DNA from: Eledone cirrhosa
Lineage: Eukaryota
Assembly: GCA_964016885.1 (NCBI GenBank)
Contig: OZ024753.1
Coordinates: 37,634,001-37,698,000 of the forward strand
Reading direction: 5' to 3'
DNA length: 64,000 nucleotides
In this document: one piece after another, positions 32,166 to 46,563 of the stretch
Position numbering within the stretch: the stretch's first letter is position 1
Layout of the letters: the number at the start of each line of letters is the position of its first letter
Made by a program: the position numbers and the translations under genes
Notes under the pieces: generated by a model
The model's database searches: none
Told to the model about the DNA's origin: nothing
What the model saw: only the letters and a program-made list of their open reading frames with translations

Positions 32166-33223
32166 GTTCCAATATATATATATATATATAGTAGCATGTT
32201 ATTAAATAACATCTTATAATCAAATTATCTAATTCATATCAAAGCCTGTGCTATACCGAAATCCAGCTAACATCCAACCCAAAACATGAATATTTAAAAC
32301 GCGTTTATATTTTATTTTGAAGTAATTATTTGAAATATTCTTAAACGAAGTATGAAAAAGAAAGTTTATTGCTTCTTTTGATATATGAATCTGAACAAAA
32401 TATACTTCCAAACACAATTTCCTAATTATCCAACTTATACATATACTCTACATACATCTTGCACTCGGGACATTCCTTTCATCAGCTACTGTTAAAGATT
32501 TCAATGATTTCGGACAACTTCTGACAGTATCGTTCCTTCCAGCGGTACCAAGTCGCGTTAATGCAACTAGAGAATATCTGGATTTTTTGTCTGGTCTGTA
32601 TGTATGTAGGTAAGTAAGTATGTATATGTGTACGTGCGTGGATATAACATATATATCTACGTGTGTGTGTATATATATATGTGTGTGAGTGTATGTATAT
32701 ATGTATGGGATTGAGCACGTAATATTAAGGACACTAAGTTACATAACAACTATGTATGTTTGGCTACATTCACACATTACTTGACAAAACAGTTCAAATT
32801 CCACCATTGTGTTTGTGTGTGCCTCTGTGTGTATGCTTGTGGGGCTGTGTGTTTGTATGTGTCAGTAAGTGTGTGGAGGGAGTCTGTGTGTATGTAGTGT
32901 AATGGGGGGACTTCTGAGTGTGTTTGTTTGTTTGTGTCTGTATTTCGTCATAATCTCCGCTGGGATTAATTTCAATTGTAGTGTTTGAAGGTAAAACTCT
33001 CCTAGTTTATGTTAGAATGTTCTTTCGCGAGATTTATCCTAAGTTAGGCCTCTGGGAGAGAAATAGAGAAATAATACGACACATGAATACAGAATGAACT
33101 AATAATCCTGTATTCTAAAACGACATTATACGCTCGGATAAGAATTTATTTAAGCCACTTGGTTACGTTATAAATCTATCAAAGCATATATAAGTATTTT
33201 TTCCAGATCGTTTCTTTGTGTAC

Positions 33224-33266
<43 letters not shown>

Positions 33267-33350
33267 TGTGTGTATGTATGTGCGCAAGCATTATGTATAT
33301 ACTTACATACACACACATATATATATATATACATATATATATACTGTATA

Positions 33351-33428
<78 letters not shown>

Positions 33429-33498
33429 TACATATATATATATGTATATTTATTTATATATATATATATATATACGTATATACATATATATATGGATT

Positions 33499-33536
<38 letters not shown>

Positions 33537-33605
33537 CATACATACATATACATACATATATATACATATATATACATATACATATATACGTATATATACA
33601 TATAC

Positions 33606-33695
<90 letters not shown>

Positions 33696-34245
33696 TTGCG
33701 TATACATATACATATATATATATATACATATATATTTACATATATATATATACACACATATATATACACATATATATATATACTATATATTCACCCTTGC
33801 CGACATGCAACACGAATTGACAAATTCGGATCCGAAGGTTGGCTAAAATAAATTTGAAATATGAAATTCGAAAATATAGTCACGACAATGCAGATAACTA
33901 TAATAATAGTTGATAACTATAAATAATAAGTAAATCAATGCCAGGCGACTTTGGTACCCACAACGAGGTAAACAACAATGAAACCAGGATAAAGCTCGGC
34001 CTGAGACAGAGTTTAGCTTTTTTAATGTACATTTGTATATATAGGGTGTATTAAAGAGAATCGTCCGATTTACGCACACACACACACACATATATATATA
34101 TACATATATATATATACATATATATATACACATATATATATATATATATATTATGAATGTACATGTTGTATATTGAATAATATACGGGATGTTTATGAAA
34201 AACATATACCTATAAATATATATATATATATATATACATACAAAC

Positions 34246-34319
<74 letters not shown>

Positions 34320-34329
34320 GTATATATAC

Positions 34330-34361
<32 letters not shown>

Positions 34362-34372
34362 GTATATATACG

Positions 34373-34432
<60 letters not shown>

Positions 34433-34455
34433 CGTATATATACGTATATATACGT

Positions 34456-34559
<104 letters not shown>

Positions 34560-36129
34560 GTATATATATATATATATATATATATATACGTATATATACG
34601 TATATATATATATATATACTCTCTCTTTTAACTATGAATCCCTTGGGATATTGCAGCATCCGCTAACGTAAAAAACTCTCGTTCCTTACTGTCCATGTTT
34701 GTGTCAGTGTGGGTGGGAGGGCAGTCCTCAGGCCCCAGGATGTCTCAATGTACGGTTCTCATTTTCTTCCTTTTAATCCTACCCCCCCCCCCCCCACCTA
34801 TTTTGATGTATGTATGTATGTTATGTAAAATGCCTCCTTTTACCTTTTTATCTTTTTTATTTTGTTATTTCCTTTTATATCTTATTATTAATGTTGTTTA
34901 CGTGTGCAAAATCCCATATTTCTAATAAAAAATACTGCCTGTGGGTTTTAAATGATTTCGAAAATAATCAACAATTTAGAAAGATCTAGTTATATAACTA
35001 ACTTTCTCATTATTAACCTGGTGCTTAGAACATAACTTAATCTTCTTACATAAAATTATGATAGGTTTTAGATAAATATAATGGAAAATATAAATATAAA
35101 TATAATTTAGGCACAAGGGGAAAGTCGATTAAATTGACCCCAGTGCATTACTGGTACTTTATTTTATCGACCCCGTAAGGATGAATGGCAAAGCTAACCT
35201 CGGCAGGATTCGAAATCAGAACATAAAGGACCGTAATTCAATGCTGCGAAGCATGTTGTCCGACGCTCTACTGATACTGCCAATTTACTTTAACCCTTTC
35301 ATTGACATATTTCTAATGAACGATACTGCCTATGATTTTTCAAATAATTTTTAAAATAATAAGAGACTTTAGTAATATAAACAAATAACTTGTTGATTAT
35401 CGAACTGTGTGAAGGAGGTGGGTTGTGAAAGTCGTCAGACAAATGCTTAGAATTATTTATTCTGGCTCTTTACAATCTGAGTTCAAATCCCGCCGAAGTC
35501 AACTTTGCCTTTCGTCCTTCCGTGGTCAATAAAATAAAGTACCAGTAACGAACTAAGGTTGATAAAAATGTCTTCCACTTCCTCCTCTAATTATACCTAA
35601 ATTAGAAATCATAATTAAGTTAGTGTTTGGAACATCACTTAACAAAGTTTCTTCTTACATAAAATTATTATGGAAGGTTTTTAGTTAAAAATAATACCCA
35701 CAAATTATACAATTTTATATCATAAAACCAAGGGCAGTTTCAGTATCGAAATGGTTAAATATATCTCTTTCATTTTCCGATTATTATTTTTTTATTTTTT
35801 AGTTTGTATTCTCCTTTATTCTGTCTCCCTATAAATATTGTGTTCCCCGTGGGCTCAAGCATCTTAATGCCGCCAAAATCCAAGTATTATGAGGTCGGTA
35901 AAAAAAGTCACATCTGAAAAAGAGATCATGTCGTCTGCTTAAATAAAAAAAGAAAGAAAAATGGAAGGAATTCAGTGACAGTTATGAAATGATGTAAATC
36001 TGTTGCAGCTCATTATCGTTCTGACTCCGTGATCACAGGATTATTTGAAATCTTGGATTCGTCTCGTTACTAACACACACGTACATACATACATACATAC
36101 ATACATACATACATACATACATACATACA

Positions 36130-36224
<95 letters not shown>

Positions 36225-36226
<2 letters not shown>

Positions 36227-36669
36227 TGGCTGCCAACTCGTTTTCGAGTACGGCCACTACTTTATATCCCCTACTGATGCGCTGAACGAGTGTGACTTTT
36301 TAGTCCAGCCAGTGACTTGAAAACTCTGGTACAAACACTACACTTGTGACAATTATTGACACATAGTGCTGGGCCCATGGTACCATGTGACGACAAGTGC
36401 AGAGAGATCTCCAGATATAAAGCAATGCCTGTGCCGTGAAGCTTTTATAGTGAGCAAAGGCACTGCACAAAGCCAGTCCCACTCTCTTAACCAAGATGAT
36501 ATTTACCAAAAAGAAGAACAAGTCAACATCATTGGATACCATCAGGGTTGCGGGTGTTATATCAGAGTTTTCCTTCTCCTAGAATTCTGCCTTGACAAAG
36601 GCTAAGGGGTCATCTCTCCCGGTGATTTTGGATGGCCATTGACTCTTAAGAGCTCCTTTGCCCTTTGAC
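36225..36669 (-). mobile_element. 5'-truncated second copy of the RTE-derived zinc-finger element
   Basis: Reverse complement of about 22404-22853; the 3' end runs into (AT)n(ATGT)n. Confidence 0.85.
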
Positions 36670-37195
36670 ATACATACATACATACGTACGTACGACGTAC
36701 ATACACACATGTAAACATACATACATGTTCGGAATAAGTTCTATACTCATAGCCGTTTTGTGGCCGCCTCCAACTGAACACGCTCGATATAAGTAGTGTG
36801 AGATGAATCCGACTGATACACCACATAATCAGAGTTTATGTAATACTGATTTGTGAGTTTATATCTAACAGATCCAACAATCAGCCAAATCTACCGAAAA
36901 AAATAGAGCCACCGCTTTTCCTTTAGCAAAGAAATAAGTGATTAATCTTGTTCTGTCTGGTGGCTATGGAGTGGGATGTTGTGTGGTGTAGAGGACGTGG
37001 TTGAAACGTTCGAATACAGAGCCCTTTTTTCTCTAAGAGCAATTACTTACCAGCTTCTTCAAGGACCACTTGAAGGGGAAAGTAAGTGTAGAGAGGCAAC
37101 TAAGATTGGTGAAATCGGTGTGAGAGTGAAATGAGCTTACTCAATATATTTGAAGGTTAGAACAGGGAGACTGGACTTTACTCCTACAACTACAG

Positions 37196-37229
<34 letters not shown>

Positions 37230-37233
37230 CACC

Positions 37234-37267
<34 letters not shown>

Positions 37268-37644
37268 TTATTATTATTATTACTATTATTAATATGGATT
37301 GGCAGAATAAGTGGAGCGTCGGACCACATGCTTTATGGCATATAGTTACAGATCTTTACGATCTGAGTTCAAATCCTGTCGAGGTTAGCTTTGCCTTTTA
37401 TCTTTACGGGGTCGATAAAATTAAGCACCAGTAATACACTGGCGTCGATATCATCGACTCCACACACACACACACACCCTTCTTTCAAATTACTGGCCTT
37501 GAGCCTAAAGTAGAAATAATTACTACTACTATTACCAGTATTATTATTATTAAAATAAATATATTTTAAAAACCAACATTCAATTGAAAATCTGTGACAC
37601 AAAGAAGAAACAGATAGAAGTCGTTGATGAAGGACTTAATAATG

Positions 37645-37975
37645 TTTTCTTTATTAACCACAAGGGTTTACATAAAGTAGACATTAAGGACAGTACAGGA
37701 CAATACAGGACGGTACAAATGGGCATTTCTGCGTGTAAAAAACAAAAACAGAGGATGTAACAAAAAATAACAATGAAAAATTCCCCGATAGGGGGGAGAC
37801 TTCGGAGGGACATTTGTGGAGAAAGCCCAGTAAAAGGCCACAATGACCCTGACCACCAAGGCAAGTGCCCTCTCCCAGTTTTCCACCTTTAATTTACAGA
37901 TATATACTCAGAGTAGGCCCATTGACTCGGGCCATTCTTGCTTCTCTCACCCATCTTTCAACAAAATGCTGGGAA
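37645..37975 (-). mobile_element. LINE 3' end (Tx1/L1-like)
   Basis: Minus-strand QHFVERWVREARMARVNGPTLSIYL*, then a UTR ending aataaagaaaa; clade assignment is tentative. Confidence 0.5.
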
Positions 37976-38096
37976 GAGATGAAGGACTTAATAATAATAA
38001 GAAGAAGAAGGAACACTAAAATAAATATTCATAGTAGCCTGTTTAGTGTTTGTTTGTTGTTTGGTGGGTTGTTTTTGTTGCATTTGTTACTGTTTA

Positions 38097-38151
<55 letters not shown>

Positions 38152-38630
38152 CAACGAAATGTAGCAGAAGTGTTTGTTTGTTTAGGAGGTGTTGGGGGGT
38201 TCCACTGAATATATGTGGTTGTGTCCGTATATAAGATAACCTTTGTCACGTTCCGTTTCATATTTCACATTTCACTAATTACTCCATACTTGTTTAATTA
38301 TGCTTATTTGTTTGTCTTTTGTTGATGTTGATTTTTGTTTTGTTTGTTCTTTTAAAATAACACTGAATCTTTTCTTTCCTCCCTCAACACCAACCGAGAA
38401 GAAGAAGAAAAAAAACTTGAACAGTTTTCTATAGTGTCATAATAGAGTACATTATATTATTATATGTTGTTTATTTATATGCTGAATTATTTATTTTTTC
38501 TTTAACAATTTTAATTTTAATTCTGCTTGTTGGTTTGTTAATAGAATTTCGACAAATCGGCATTTACTTCCGGTTGACATTTCACAAGAAGAAACGCCGA
38601 AGGAAAGAATCAGACGCTTTCAGAAGTATT

Positions 38631-38661
<31 letters not shown>

Positions 38662-38671
38662 GAGAGAGAGT

Positions 38672-38704
<33 letters not shown>

Positions 38705-39144
38705 AGAGTATAAAAGAGATTGAAATTCTAAATCTTATAAGACGGGCGTCTAAAGTCCCAAATGAATTTAGTCCATCCTAAACACCGTAATTTTTCTCTA
38801 GTTGCAAATCGATCTAGATGACAGAAGATGTTAATGATGGACGACAGCTCCTTCGTAGACGTCACCCCCACTCCCTGACCCAAGGAGTGAAATGCAGAAG
38901 AAACTTCTACATCTATGTCTAGCATCTAACAATATCTCGAGAGAAGACCAGATTCTAGCTTCGGACAGAGTGCCTTGAGAATGACTCTGTCTACTCCAAC
39001 TGACATGGAAATCTCCCTTTCTGGAGACCACCCTCCCTCCTTCTTGACTCATAAATATATATATCCCACCTCCCCCACTCTCAAGAGCGTGAAACTAATA
39101 AACCTTGTTCGTACTGCCTCTCTGTTTTGTTCCCGTTCCATTTT

Positions 39145-39274
<130 letters not shown>

Positions 39275-39445
39275 CATACACATACATGTATATGTATATA
39301 TATATATATGTATGTGTATATATATATATGTGTGTATACATATGTGTGTGTATATATATATATATATATATGTATGCATGCATACATACATACATACATA
39401 CATACATACATACATACATACATACATACATACATACATACATAC

Positions 39446-39476
<31 letters not shown>

Positions 39477-39514
39477 CATACATACATACATACATACATA
39501 CATACATACATACA

Positions 39515-40021
39515 AACGAGGAAGAATATATTGAAACAGATGGCACTAAGGAATACTGGTGGAACCTGAAAATAAAAACTGCCACCAAATTAAAGCACAA
39601 CCGGCCTGATATTGTAGTTTGGGACCACACATTGAAAACGTGTTCTGTTTTGGAGATCAGCTGCCCACTTGATGTAAACGTTGTCAGAAAAATACAGGAG
39701 AAGGAGGACATCTACGGACCATTGATGAGGAGCTTACAAATCCAGTATCCAAGATACACCTTTAGCTTCATACCCATCATTATTGGTGCTACGGGTTATA
39801 TACCAACCCGCTTGGACCAAAGTATGACCGAACTTGGATTTGCGGACAAAAAGCGCAGCTCCCTAATTCATAGTCTACAAATGGCTGCGATAGCTGGCAC
39901 CTTCAAAATATGCAAAACATTCTTGCGATTCAAGGGATGACAATTTCTTTTCTTTTACAACCTTGCCACCAGGAAGGTGGCCGGTCAAAAAAATATACTC
40001 GAAATTAAGAGAAAGAGAAAA
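39515..40021 (+). mobile_element. 5'-truncated R4/Dong-like non-LTR retrotransposon (restriction-like endonuclease domain, ORF end 39940) inserted in (CATA)n
   Basis: [39 protein letters not shown] has the PD-(D/E)xK RLE signature; the frame is open; CATA repeats lie on both sides. Confidence 0.9.
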
Positions 40022-40420
40022 CATACATACATACATACATACACACATACACAGCCGTAGAACATAAATAACAAAGTGAATTACGGAAGTAATTGAGAAA
40101 AGAGAGCGTAGGTGGACCAGACTAAATATTCAATGAGATAAAGTCAGTTATAGTTGGTCGACCATTTCCACCAGCTCACTACTTGTAGCTTACTGTTGTT
40201 GTTGTTGTTGTTGTTGTCTTTAATTCTAATAGCAACTCACTTTGGTCTTTGATTTTTAGGTTTTATTTTGTTTTATTTTATTTTATTTTTTGTTAATGTT
40301 GCTTTTTTTCTCAAACTTCCGTTTAATTTCTTTTACGCTAAGGACATTTCTACAACGAAAAACAAATTACACGTTAGTACACACGTTATATTACTACACA
40401 CATGCACGTGTATACACACG

Positions 40421-40503
<83 letters not shown>

Positions 40504-40601
40504 CTACTTTTCCCATCTTGACGTTATAGTCGCATATATGTTACAGAATACTATTAGTTTCTCGCTAAAACAATCTCTATACCTCTCATTTATATATATA
40601 T

Positions 40602-40690
<89 letters not shown>

Positions 40691-40815
40691 TGTATGTCTA
40701 GTATATTTTAGCAATATACCGTATGTTTAATTATAAACATTTAGAAGATCTTACGCTATTAGTTTTAAAGTAGTGACTATGCTACCTACTTCTTTTCGGC
40801 GAAAGAAGGAAGAGA

Positions 40816-40857
40816 GGCTGACAGCCTGTTTCACGCTGGTTGGCGTTCATCGGAGCC
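40816..40857 (-). ncRNA. Minimal type I hammerhead with CCGAUGA core variant
   Basis: Minus strand: ggct-CCGATGA-acgc caacca gcgt-GAAACAG-g-CTGTC-agcc. The element tail 40688-40800 matches 4075-4190 inverted. Confidence 0.7.
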
Positions 40858-41208
40858 ACGTACTCCCCTGCTTCCGCCGAAAATTATAGAAGCCGGATTC
40901 TTATAGAATTCCAGTAATAATCAGGAGCTGACTTAATTTGTTCTACCTGTTAGACGATTCACCTCATTCAACGCGATTTACATATTTACTTTCTCCACAC
41001 TTCAATTACTCGTGGTCTTAATACGCCATACAAGCATGAAACCACGATAGACCGTTGGAAAAGAGTGTTTTGCTCGAAATATTGAGTTATTAAATATTCT
41101 AAGATAAAAAATTAAACTTTATTCTTAAATATAATCGTTATACAACTGCTTTTTGGATGTGAGTGTGTGCATTATATATATTTATATATTGTGTATATAT
41201 ATATATAT

Positions 41209-41635
41209 ATAAAATATTAAACAAATAATGAATAAAACAATGAAACAGTTCCTTATATTAAACAAAAAAAGTTCATTATTTAACGATCGTTTCTAGGATA
41301 TATATGTGTTAGAATTGGCATGCATATTCAACAGATCTATGTACAAAATTATACAAAATTATACAAACTATCAAGATTAAATATACATACCAACACATAT
41401 ATACGCCGTCTTCAGAAATAATTTATTTCTGAAGACGGCGTATATATGTGTTGGTATGTATATTTAATCTTGATAGTTTGTATAATTTTGTATAATTTTG
41501 TACATAGATCTGTTGAATATGCATGCCAATTCTAACACATATATATCCTAGAAACGATCGTTAAATAATGAACTTTTTTTGTTTAATATAAGGAACTGTT
41601 TCATTGTTTTATTCATTATTTGTTTAATATTTTAT
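41209..41635. repeat. Apparently perfect 427-bp palindrome (arms about 213 bp, centre 41422)
   Basis: Arms read as exact reverse complements; centre cagaaataa-t-ttatttctg. Confidence 0.95.
41423..41568 (+). ncRNA. Type I hammerhead with extended stem II (mirror copy on minus strand at 41276-41421)
   Basis: ttattt-CTGAAGA-cggcg tatatatgtgttgg..ctaacacatatata tccta-GAAAC-gatc-GTT-aaataa. Confidence 0.75.
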
Positions 41636-41766
41636 CTTGACTCTGTATACCGTTTATCTTTCACCGAAAGTGATTTTTCATTACATCTCTTCTTTCCATG
41701 ATATCCGGAATACATTGAGTTCTTCATACGGATTGGACACTACCGTAAACTCTTGGTAGATTTATC

Positions 41767-41810
<44 letters not shown>

Positions 41811-42329
41811 CATACATATATGTTTGTGTATGTGTGTGTGTCGCGCTAAATCTCTCAGAGGATAAATAGATAGGTCTTTCCCTTGGGTTAAACCAGGCGC
41901 CAACAATATTCTTCCACAGTTCATTAATAACAGAATATATATTCTAATACACACTACACACACATCACCGACACGCTTGTGTATATTTCTATATACGTAT
42001 ATATGTATGTGTGAGTGTATATTTGTGTATATATATGACCATATTTGTGTATTAGATGCATTCAAGCGTATTTGTATGTCAGCTTCTTCTACATTATATT
42101 ATTATTATATATATATATGTGTGTGTGTGTGTTTATGTGTATATAAGAGTGTGTGGATGTACGTGTTTGTAAATGCATGTGTGGGACTGTGTATTATAAA
42201 AAAAAAAGTCCCAATCATATATTTAACGTGACAGTACGCGATATGCCTACGTTTGACAGACATCCGCCATATTTAAACTGGTATAAACTGGAATCTAACT
42301 GTGAAACAACTGATTCGGCAAGACATGGA

Positions 42330-42620
42330 AAGGTCCCTTGTGTTGTGAGAACCTTTATTATAGAAAGTGTCAGTAAAGGTCCCCTAAGTCCTTAAAGGTT
42401 GTTATAAACATAATTATCATAGAAATTATCCGTGAAGGTCTCTTAGGTAGTTAAAATATTTATCATAGGAATTGTCAGTGAATATCCCTTGGGTTGTTAG
42501 AAAGTTCATCATAGAAACTGTCAATGAGGGTCCTTTAGGTTGTTAGAAACGTTATCGGAGAAATTATCCGTGAAGGCCTCTTAGGTTATGGGAAACTTTG
42601 TCATAGAAATTGCCCATGAA
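42330..42620. repeat. Degenerate minisatellite, unit of about 45 bp, about 6 copies
   Basis: atcatagaaattatccgtgaaggtctcttaggttgttag-like units. Confidence 0.8.
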
Positions 42621-43934
42621 ATTAGGAATGATACCCCCCGTAGACTGCTACCTATCGTAGTGTTGTAAAGAAGTAATGATTCAATGTGTGTGACTTCAAT
42701 GATGATGATACACATGTAAACGCGCGTGTGTCTGTGCTTATATATGTACATGATGTTACCATATATACTCATGAACGTACACACACACATGACGAAAGAG
42801 TTTAGAACTGCTGACGGGAATCGAACCGCATAGCTGTTATATAATGGACAACCGTATAGACAACTTGGGATTTGAATTCAGAATGTAAGGGACCGTAATT
42901 CTATGCCGCAAAGCATGGCGCCCGACGCTCTACCGATACTGCCAATCCACCATCCTTGAAACCTTTAAAATAGTTAATGCACAGTCGTCGTTTGAGCTTA
43001 GTTAAGATTTGAGACTAATTCTCCAGTTCAGAGAAAAACATAATTTATATTCTAATTACATAGACGCCGAGATACATCTACAACATCGTACATTACACTA
43101 TAAATACACAACACGGATACAACAACAACAGCACTAAAGAAACTGAGATAAAAGCAACAAGAAATAAGACCACTTTTTGTTATAAAGGTTCATTTGGGGC
43201 TTTGGGGAATGAAAGGATCCATGTAAGCGTGTCATTACCTAATTAAAACGGGAGCCTGGAGGGAATATGGTTTGGTTTGAAAACAATTGAAAGGAGACTT
43301 TTTATATAAGAAATGGGGCAAACATGACAAAATTAGAAGTAAGGGGATAAATGTTTGTGAAAATCGTCAGCGTGTTAATTGGAATATTAATGAAGGTAAA
43401 GTAAGGGCCAGAGAAACAAACAGCTGATATATATATATATATAGAGAGAGAGAGAAAGAGAGAGAGAGAGAAATATGTTGATAGGCAGACAGATAGACCG
43501 ACATAGATGGATAGCTACAGGGAGAGATATTGATTAGTAAGTAAACATACATATGCGTATAGATGCATATATACACAATTTATATTTATATATAGAGAGA
43601 GTCGAGAGAAAGAGAAAATTTGATATATAATTGTTTTGTTTTCTATGAATCTATAGATGAGGTTTCGATACCTCCCACGGTTTACAAAATAGTGAATTTT
43701 TTTTTTTCATTTCAATTAAGTTAAACACTACGTATTATTATCTTCTTATTGTTGTTATTCTCCCACTTATACTTGGGAGGGTCGTGGGGGAAGAGACCTC
43801 CAGCACTTCTTCCTGCGGGTCGTGTCAGAAGCAACCGTCTCCAATTGACCCGGCAGGATCCCCAAGCGAGGCCAACAAACCTCATGAATGTTATTCAATC
43901 AAATTACTTCGAGTCTAGTCGTGGTTTCCTGTCC

Positions 43935-44170
43935 GTTGATTTTACCGGTAAAATCTGACCAACGGCTACTTCCCCCTGGACAGGATGACAGTCCATCGCA
44001 GGGTTAAACCCACAGCTACTGCTGATACTCATTTTCGGCAAAGTATACCGGAGCAACGCGAAATGAAATGTTTTGTTCAAAAAAACAACATACAAACCAA
44101 TCCAGGAATCGAACCGACGACTTTATGATCGTAAGTCCAACATACTTACCACTAGGCCACGCACCTCGAC
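43935..44170 (-). mobile_element. Older tRNA-derived SINE
   Basis: Minus-strand A and B boxes (tggcctagtggt; ggttcgattcc) and body cctgcgatggactgtcatcctgtccagggg; relatives at about 9250-9430, 60230-60330 and 61100-61215. Confidence 0.7.
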
Positions 44171-44794
44171 AAAACACTACTAGGGCCACTATTTAGATGC
44201 TGCAAATCAATTTAATAATCCAAGAAAAATAACTCAATAATTAAATGTTTGTATAATTTATTTCTCTTGATTTTTTTTATTATTCTTAAGAATTTCAAGT
44301 TGATTAATCTACTTTTAATGTCAAATACAGACACCTTAGAAAATGTTAGAAATAGCAGTTAAAGCTCCCAGTAATTTTTAAATGATAAATACATGTTGAA
44401 ATTACATGCATTTTCAATTTACTTCCAGGCGAATTGATGTATGTGCATTATCATCATCATTTAACATCCACTGTCGCTGCTAGCATGGGCTGGACTGGTC
44501 TTCACAGACCGAGGCAGTACTGAAGCAGGTTTACTGACCTCCCAGACAGGCCTGGAATCTGCATCTCGCTTCCGTACAGTCCTGCACTCTATAATGTGCC
44601 CATAGTACCAGATCTGTGATCTCTCAATTCAGAGAAGTAGCAGCTCTACCTAGTGTGACTCTTTGATCTCTAAGCTACACACTAGATAGCTTTTCGGGTC
44701 CTTTGATTTGCTTTCATTTTTTTCCCCTTTATTTCCATCTTAATCTGTTTTTCTATATTTATCAAATGTGTAACTGTCTCTCCTCTCTCTACAG

Positions 44795-44858
44795 GACACT
44801 AATGGCTGGTATCTTACCATTTGGAGCTGTATTCATTGAGTTATTTTTCATTTTCACT
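44795..44858 (+). pseudogene. TM9SF4: TM9SF4 (nonaspanin) exon fragment
   Basis: Flanked by polypyrimidine-acag and gtaagt; encodes TLMAGILPFGAVFIELFFIFT. Confidence 0.9.
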
Positions 44859-45298
44859 GTAAGTATAACACACACTATTAACTCTTTAATCCTCTCAATA
44901 CTGTAGGGATCTATAGACCCCTAAATATAGTTTACACTCTACTGAATTCTCTTTCCAATATTTATCATAATTTAGCAATAAGTTCATTTTTCTTACTTTT
45001 ATTGGAAATCATATTAAGCAATGTTGATACTACTGAGCTAAAGTTGTCTAAGTTTATGATACCGCTGGGACAAAAGTGTCTATGTACCTATACCTACCTA
45101 CCTATTTATCTACCTGTACCTATCTATCTGTCTGCCTATACAAACAGACATATACATATACAAACAGACATATCAATGTATCTACAAACATAATCAGAAT
45201 ATAATAAACAACAACACAGTAAAGACAATTAGTTTGCAGATTCAACAATTTAAACCTAACTAATCTGTTAAAATATTAATCTTTTCCTTTCTTTGTAG

Positions 45299-45417
45299 GC
45301 AATCTGGGAGAATCAGTTCTATTATTTGTTTGGATTTTTGTTCTTGGTGTTCATCATTTTAGTCATTTCAGTATCTCAAATTTCCATTGTGATGATATAT
45401 TTCCAATTATGAGGGAA
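45299..45417 (+). pseudogene. TM9SF4: TM9SF4 exon with premature stop
   Basis: After ctttgtag, encodes [37 protein letters not shown]; TGA (45410-45412) replaces the conserved Cys of QLCxEDY, and the donor looks damaged. Confidence 0.85.
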
Positions 45418-46467
45418 GTCATTAAACCCTTTAACCCTTCTCTAACTGTTTTCCTAATGAAGTACATTGCCTATGTCTTTCAGTTAATTTTGAAGATAAG
45501 CCAAAAATTAAAGGGATTTAATAAATAACTAATTCTTTCATTAGTAAGCTATTATTTAGAATATTACTTAACAAAATGTTCTTAAATAAAACTATGATGG
45601 AAGAATTTATTATATTGATAAACATTTTGAAATGGACAGTTTTGTTTAAGAAATCCAGAGCAATTTCGGGCAGTTTAGTATCAAAAGATAGTAACTTAAC
45701 ATATAGTTCTTCTTCTTCGCCCACATATTCCTGAGAGGGTCGTGAGGACAGAGTCGTCAAACACTCCTTCCAGTGGGTCCTGTCAGACGCAACAGATCCG
45801 GCTGGATCCCCAAGCAAGACTAGCCAAGCTCATGGATGTTATCCAACCATCTTGCTCGGGATCTACCCCAAGGTCTCCTACCAGTTGGTTTTGCCCGTAA
45901 AATCTGTCGAAAATCAGCGATTCTTTCCTGAGACATTCAGTGCCACTATGATTAAATCAGGAGTTTTCTAATAACACGAATAATATATAAAAATTCTAAA
46001 AATATGTATCATAGAAAAATCAAGGGGGAAAAATATTAAATATCTATTAATGTTAGTCTGTTCTTAAGACGCAAGTGTAGACATATTCCTGTTTATAATA
46101 ATATTGTTATGAATCTACTTTAGAATAGTGATACACCCCTCCCACTGCAAAGTGGATGTGTAGGCGCCACGGAAAAAAAGCTCCCAGCACTCACTGTAAA
46201 TGAGGTTGGTGTTGGGAAGGGCATCCAGCTGTAGAAATTAGAGCAGCATCATTCGAAAGTAGGCTGAAAGGTTAATAACTAACTGTAAAGGAGTGAAGGT
46301 GGAGCTGTGAAATCATGCCTGCATTAATTTCAACTTTTTTTTTTATTAATAACTGCATTGTTTCTTTCCAGGAAATATGTTGAAAAATGAAGCTCAATTG
46401 GTCATTCCATGAGAGTGCCTTGGTCATCCTATGAACTTTTGAAAGAAAACTAAAATATTTCACTCGC

Positions 46468-46563
46468 CAGTTTTCTGTAACCAAAATAGTATCCCAAGAA
46501 AACCAATGGAAGTGAGATACCAAACCACATACATAACAGTGCAACCATTGTGCTGAATGGAAC
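46468..46563 (-). pseudogene. TM9SF4: TM9SF4 exon in inverted orientation
   Basis: Minus strand: ttctttattccctacag / [32 protein letters not shown] / gcgagt (96 bp, GC-type or mutated donor). Confidence 0.9.

Noticed and set aside
38728-39052. Short ORFs in a more GC-balanced segment
   Set aside because: No recognisable motif; probably a decayed transposon fragment.
42330-42620. Regularly spaced repeats as a CRISPR array
   Set aside because: Whole units are degenerate copies with no unique spacers, in a eukaryotic context.
45410-45412. In-frame TGA at a conserved Cys as selenocysteine
   Set aside because: The donor site is damaged, the exons are scrambled and no SECIS was seen; a pseudogene mutation is simpler.
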